A stretch of 32,000 nt of DNA from Vibrio cholerae ATCC 14035 (GTDB lineage: Bacteria > Pseudomonadota > Gammaproteobacteria > Enterobacterales > Vibrionaceae): positions 60,001 through 92,000 of the forward strand of contig NZ_JHXR01000003.1 of the NCBI RefSeq assembly GCF_000621645.1. The letters are read 5' to 3'. A program made the position numbers and the translations under genes. The notes beneath the pieces were generated by a model, which saw nothing but the letters and a program-made list of their open reading frames with translations, did not search any database and was not told the origin of the DNA. Positions 28,103 to 32,000 of the stretch are shown here, in pieces (position 1 is the first letter of the stretch; every line of letters begins with the position of its first letter).

Positions 28103-28873
28103 ATGGCTTATCAAAGGATCCGTCAGCCAAAGCTCTCCGATGTGATTGAACAAGAACTGGAGAGACTGATAGTGGAAGGAACACTCTCACCCGGTCAGCA
28201 ACTTCCTCCGGAACGCGAACTGGCCAAACAGTTTGAAGTGTCTCGCCCCTCGATCAGAGAAGCCATACAACGCTTGGAAGCCAAACGCTTGCTTACCCGC
28301 CGTCAAGGTGGCGGTACATTCGTTAGTGACCGAATTTGGCAGAGCTTTTCTGATCCTCTGCTAAATTTATTGTCTAGCCACTCCGAAACTCAACTGGATC
28401 TGCTGGAAGCGCGTCATGCGCTGGAAGGTATTTGCGCCTATTTTGCGGCGTTGCGTGGTACCGAAGAAGATTTTGCTCGTATTCAGCACTGTGTCACGCG
28501 TATCGCGGAGGCTCAGGCATTGAATAATGTGGATGAAGAAGCAGAGCGGGTGATGGCCTTTTTGATTGCCATTACTGAAGCGGCGCACAACGTTGTGCTT
28601 CTGCACATCGTACGCAGCTTGAGTCCACTGCTTGAGCAGAATATTCGTCAGAATTTTAAACTCTTACATCGCCGCCCTGAAGCGGTAGAGAAAGTAAGCA
28701 AACACCGGGCTAACATTGTGGATGCGATTGTTTCGGGTCAGCCGGAAAAGGCACGTGAAATGTCCCATTCTCACTTAGCTTATATCGAAGAAACGTTGTT
28801 GGATTTGACTCGTGAACAGACTCGCCGTGAGCGATCTCTGCGTCGAATTCAACAAGGTAATGAGCCGCAATAG
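28103..28873 (+). CDS. pdhR: Pyruvate dehydrogenase complex repressor (GntR/FadR family)
   Basis: [61 protein letters not shown] is a GntR winged-HTH followed by an FCD domain. It lies directly upstream of aceE. Confidence 0.93.
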   Translation: MAYQRIRQPKLSDVIEQELERLIVEGTLSPGQQLPPERELAKQFEVSRPSIREAIQRLEAKRLLTRRQGGGTFVSDRIWQSFSDPLLNLLSSHSETQLDLLEARHALEGICAYFAALRGTEEDFARIQHCVTRIAEAQALNNVDEEAERVMAFLIAITEAAHNVVLLHIVRSLSPLLEQNIRQNFKLLHRRPEAVEKVSKHRANIVDAIVSGQPEKAREMSHSHLAYIEETLLDLTREQTRRERSLRRIQQGNEPQ

Positions 28874-28922
28874 CGGCCATTGCGATTCAACTTAAATCCA
28901 ACCAACAGAAGGATAGATCGCC

Positions 28923-31583
28923 ATGTCTGACATGAAGCATGACGTAGATGCACTGGAAACTCAGGAGTGGCTTGCTGCCCTTGAATCCGTTGTCCGTGAA
29001 GAAGGCGTAGAGCGTGCGCAGTACCTGCTTGAACAAGTACTGGAAAAAGCGCGTTTGGATGGGGTAGACATGCCAACAGGCGTGACCACCAACTACATCA
29101 ACACGATTCCTGCGGCGCAGGAGCCTGCTTACCCAGGTGACACCACGATCGAACGTCGTATCCGTTCAATCATTCGCTGGAACGCGATCATGATCGTGCT
29201 GCGTGCATCGAAGAAAGATCTGGAACTGGGTGGCCACATGGCTTCTTTCCAATCTTCCGCTGCTTTCTACGAAACCTGTTTCAACCACTTCTTCCGTGCT
29301 CCAAACGAGAAAGACGGTGGCGACTTGGTTTACTATCAAGGTCACATCTCTCCAGGGATCTACGCGCGTGCTTTCGTTGAAGGCCGTTTGACCGAAGAGC
29401 AACTGGACAACTTCCGTCAGGAAGTGGATGGCAAAGGTCTTCCTTCTTACCCACACCCGAAATTGATGCCTGAATTCTGGCAATTCCCAACCGTATCTAT
29501 GGGTCTGGGTCCAATTTCTGCGATTTATCAAGCTCGTTTCCTGAAGTATCTGAATGGTCGTGGCCTGAAAGACACCACGGCACAGCGCGTATACGCCTTC
29601 CTTGGTGACGGTGAGATGGACGAGCCAGAATCACGCGGCGCGATCTCTTTTGCTGCGCGTGAGAAGCTGGATAACCTGTGCTTCCTGATCAACTGTAACC
29701 TGCAACGTCTGGACGGCCCTGTTATGGGTAACGGCAAGATCATCCAAGAACTGGAAGGTCTGTTCCGTGGCGCAGGCTGGAACGTTGTGAAAGTAATCTG
29801 GGGTAATGGCTGGGACAAACTACTGGCGAAAGATACCACAGGTAAACTGCTGCAACTGATGAACGAAACCATCGACGGCGACTACCAAACGTTCAAAGCG
29901 AAAGATGGCGCTTACGTTCGTGAGCACTTCTTCGGTAAGTACCCAGAGACTGCAGCACTGGTTGCTGACATGACTGACGATGAGATCTTCGCTCTGAAAC
30001 GCGGTGGTCACGAATCATCTAAACTGTACGCGGCGTTCAAGAACGCTCAAGACACCAAAGGTCGTCCAACCGTTATCCTAGCGAAAACCGTTAAAGGTTA
30101 CGGCATGGGTGATGCGGCAGAAGGTAAGAACATTGCGCACCAAGTGAAGAAGATGGATATGACCCATGTTCTGGCGATGCGTAACCGTCTAGGCCTGCAA
30201 GATCTGATCTCTGATGAAGAAGTGAAGAACCTGCCGTACCTGAAACTGGAAGAAGGCTCAAAAGAGTTTGAATACCTGCACGCTCGTCGTAAAGCACTGC
30301 ATGGTTACACACCTCAGCGTCTACCTAACTTCACGGGTGAGTTAGTGATCCCTGCGCTGGAAGAGTTCAAGCCACTGCTGGAAGAGCAGAGTCGCGAAAT
30401 TTCTTCAACTATGGCGTATGTACGTACTCTGAACATCCTGCTGAAAGATAAGAACATTGGTCAAAACATCGTTCCTATCATCGCGGACGAAGCGCGTACG
30501 TTCGGTATGGAAGGTCTGTTCCGTCAAATCGGTATCTACAACCCGCATGGTCAGAACTACACTCCACAAGATCGCGATATCGTTTCTTACTACAAAGAAG
30601 CGACGTCAGGTCAGGTACTGCAAGAAGGTATCAACGAGCTGGGTGCCATGTCATCTTGGGTTGCGGCGGCAACGTCATACAGCACCAACAACCTGCCGAT
30701 GATCCCGTTCTACATCTACTACTCTATGTTCGGTTTCCAACGTGTTGGCGACATGGCGTGGATGGCGGGCGACCAACAAGCGCGTGGCTTCCTACTGGGT
30801 GCTACTGCGGGTCGTACCACGCTGAACGGTGAAGGTCTACAGCACGAAGATGGTCACTCGCACATTCTGGCGGGCACAGTACCAAACTGTATCTCTTACG
30901 ATCCAACCTTCGCTTACGAAGTTGCGGTAATCCTGCAAGATGGTATCCGTCGCATGTACGGTGAGCAAGAGAACGTGTTCTACTACCTGACACTGATGAA
31001 CGAAAGCTACGCTCACCCAGCAATGCCTGCTGGCGCTGAAGAAGGTATCCGTAAAGGTATCTACAAGCTAGAAACGCACGCTGGTAACAAAGCAAAAGTT
31101 CAACTGATGAGCTCAGGCACCATCATGAACGAAGTACGTAAAGCGGCACAAATTCTGAGTGAAGAGTACGGCGTAGCGTCTGACGTTTACTCTGTGACTT
31201 CATTCAACGAGCTGGCGCGTGATGGCCAAGCGTGTGATCGTTTCAACATGCTGCACCCAGAAGCAGAGGTGAAAGTACCTTACATCGCACAAGTGATGGG
31301 TACTGAGCCTGCTATCGCAGCGACTGACTACATGAAGAACTACGCGGATCAAGTACGTGCGTTCATTCCTGCACAGTCTTACAAAGTGCTGGGTACGGAT
31401 GGTTTCGGCCGCTCAGACAGCCGTGAAAACCTACGTCGTCACTTTGAAGTGAATGCTGGCTACGTGGTAGTTGCAGCGCTGAATGAACTGGCAAAACGTG
31501 GTGAAGTTGAGAAGTCTGTGGTTGCAGCAGCAATCAAGAAATTCGACATCGATACTGAAAAAACCAACCCGCTGTACGCTTAA
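28923..31583 (+). CDS. aceE: Pyruvate dehydrogenase E1 component
   Basis: 886 aa with the TPP-binding motif GDGEMDEPES, colinear with E. coli AceE (887 aa). Confidence 0.97.
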   Translation: MSDMKHDVDALETQEWLAALESVVREEGVERAQYLLEQVLEKARLDGVDMPTGVTTNYINTIPAAQEPAYPGDTTIERRIRSIIRWNAIMIVLRASKKDLELGGHMASFQSSAAFYETCFNHFFRAPNEKDGGDLVYYQGHISPGIYARAFVEGRLTEEQLDNFRQEVDGKGLPSYPHPKLMPEFWQFPTVSMGLGPISAIYQARFLKYLNGRGLKDTTAQRVYAFLGDGEMDEPESRGAISFAAREKLDNLCFLINCNLQRLDGPVMGNGKIIQELEGLFRGAGWNVVKVIWGNGWDKLLAKDTTGKLLQLMNETIDGDYQTFKAKDGAYVREHFFGKYPETAALVADMTDDEIFALKRGGHESSKLYAAFKNAQDTKGRPTVILAKTVKGYGMGDAAEGKNIAHQVKKMDMTHVLAMRNRLGLQDLISDEEVKNLPYLKLEEGSKEFEYLHARRKALHGYTPQRLPNFTGELVIPALEEFKPLLEEQSREISSTMAYVRTLNILLKDKNIGQNIVPIIADEARTFGMEGLFRQIGIYNPHGQNYTPQDRDIVSYYKEATSGQVLQEGINELGAMSSWVAAATSYSTNNLPMIPFYIYYSMFGFQRVGDMAWMAGDQQARGFLLGATAGRTTLNGEGLQHEDGHSHILAGTVPNCISYDPTFAYEVAVILQDGIRRMYGEQENVFYYLTLMNESYAHPAMPAGAEEGIRKGIYKLETHAGNKAKVQLMSSGTIMNEVRKAAQILSEEYGVASDVYSVTSFNELARDGQACDRFNMLHPEAEVKVPYIAQVMGTEPAIAATDYMKNYADQVRAFIPAQSYKVLGTDGFGRSDSRENLRRHFEVNAGYVVVAALNELAKRGEVEKSVVAAAIKKFDIDTEKTNPLYA

Positions 31584-31601
31584 TTGAAGGTAGGAAAAGT
31601 A

Positions 31602-32000
31602 ATGGCAATCGAAATTTATGTACCTGACATCGGTGCGGATGAGGTTGAAGTCACTGAGATTCTCGTCAAAGTCGGCGACAAAGTGGCTGAAGAGCAATCT
31701 CTGATCACGGTTGAAGGCGACAAAGCTTCTATGGAAGTTCCTGCGTCTCAAGCGGGTATCGTTAAAGAGATCAAAGTAGTGGCAGGTGACAAAGTGTCTA
31801 CTGGCTCTCTGATCATGGTCTTTGAAGCGGAAGGTGCAGCAGCGGCAGCACCAGCTCCTGCGCCTCAAGCGGCAGCACCAGTTGCTGCGGCTCCAGCGGC
31901 CGCTGCACTGAAAGAAGTGCAAGTACCAGACATTGGCGGTGATGAAGTTGAAGTGACTGAAATCATGGTCAAAGTGGGCGATGTGGTTGCGGAAGAGCAA
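31602..32000 (+). CDS. aceF: Dihydrolipoamide acetyltransferase E2, 5' part (continues beyond the window)
   Basis: Not in the ORF track because it has no stop in the window. The ATG follows AGGTAGGAAAAG. It reads [47 protein letters not shown] (lipoyl domain 1), then an Ala/Pro linker, then the start of lipoyl domain 2 ([22 protein letters not shown]). The frame is open through 32000. Confidence 0.93.
   Translation, partial: MAIEIYVPDIGADEVEVTEILVKVGDKVAEEQSLITVEGDKASMEVPASQAGIVKEIKVVAGDKVSTGSLIMVFEAEGAAAAAPAPAPQAAAPVAAAPAAAALKEVQVPDIGGDEVEVTEIMVKVGDVVAEEQ

Noticed and set aside
27961-28149. 62-aa plus-strand ORF spanning the pdhR promoter and start
   Set aside because: It has a TTG start without an RBS, runs across the proximal PdhR operator, overlaps the pdhR start in another frame and has no recognisable domain. 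It is most likely spurious.
31602-32000. Near-duplicate 80-nt segments (31617-31700 versus 31917-32000) and a GCA/GCG-rich tract (31841-31915) as a possible DNA repeat element
   Set aside because: These are explained by AceF architecture: tandem lipoyl domains separated by Ala/Pro-rich flexible linkers. It is a coding-level domain duplication, not a mobile or regulatory repeat.

Overview
This window reads as ordinary, syntenic gammaproteobacterial core genome. The gene order and the PilA N-terminus fit my recollection of Vibrio cholerae chromosome 1; I have not checked this against a database. Order of features: 3' end of a probable chemoreceptor gene; glnE; hldE; tolC (-); nudF-yqiB-cpdA-yqiA-parE-parC; then on the minus strand yacG, zapD, coaE, pilD, pilC, pilB, pilA (type IVa competence/chitin-regulated pilus operon) and nadC; then ampD; fldB (-); xerD-dsbC-recJ; a secreted CpdB/UshA-family metallophosphatase (-); pdhR-aceE and the 5' part of aceF. 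aceF runs off the window and is missing from the ORF track. Several ORF-track starts are over-extended, and I re-set them to internal ATGs with Shine-Dalgarno support. I see no defence island, integrase or transposase (xerD is the housekeeping recombinase), CRISPR array, toxin-antitoxin pair or other gene-level novelty, and I do not claim a new system. The second-look items are all non-coding or small-scale. (1) The pilA promoter has an inverted TTGCAT-type octamer pair flanked by 14-bp direct repeats. (2) Two perfect PdhR operators lie 138 bp apart upstream of pdhR. (3) A full ERIC/IRU-like repeat sits between nadC and ampD, and a 40-bp internally deleted ERIC remnant sits inside the zapD-yacG spacer. 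(4) A mosaic of G/C-rich palindromic units lies between ampD and fldB. (5) A 330-bp hairpin-dense spacer lies upstream of parE. (6) The variable 3' half of pilA looks AT-richer than its neighbours. All GC statements are by-eye estimates.
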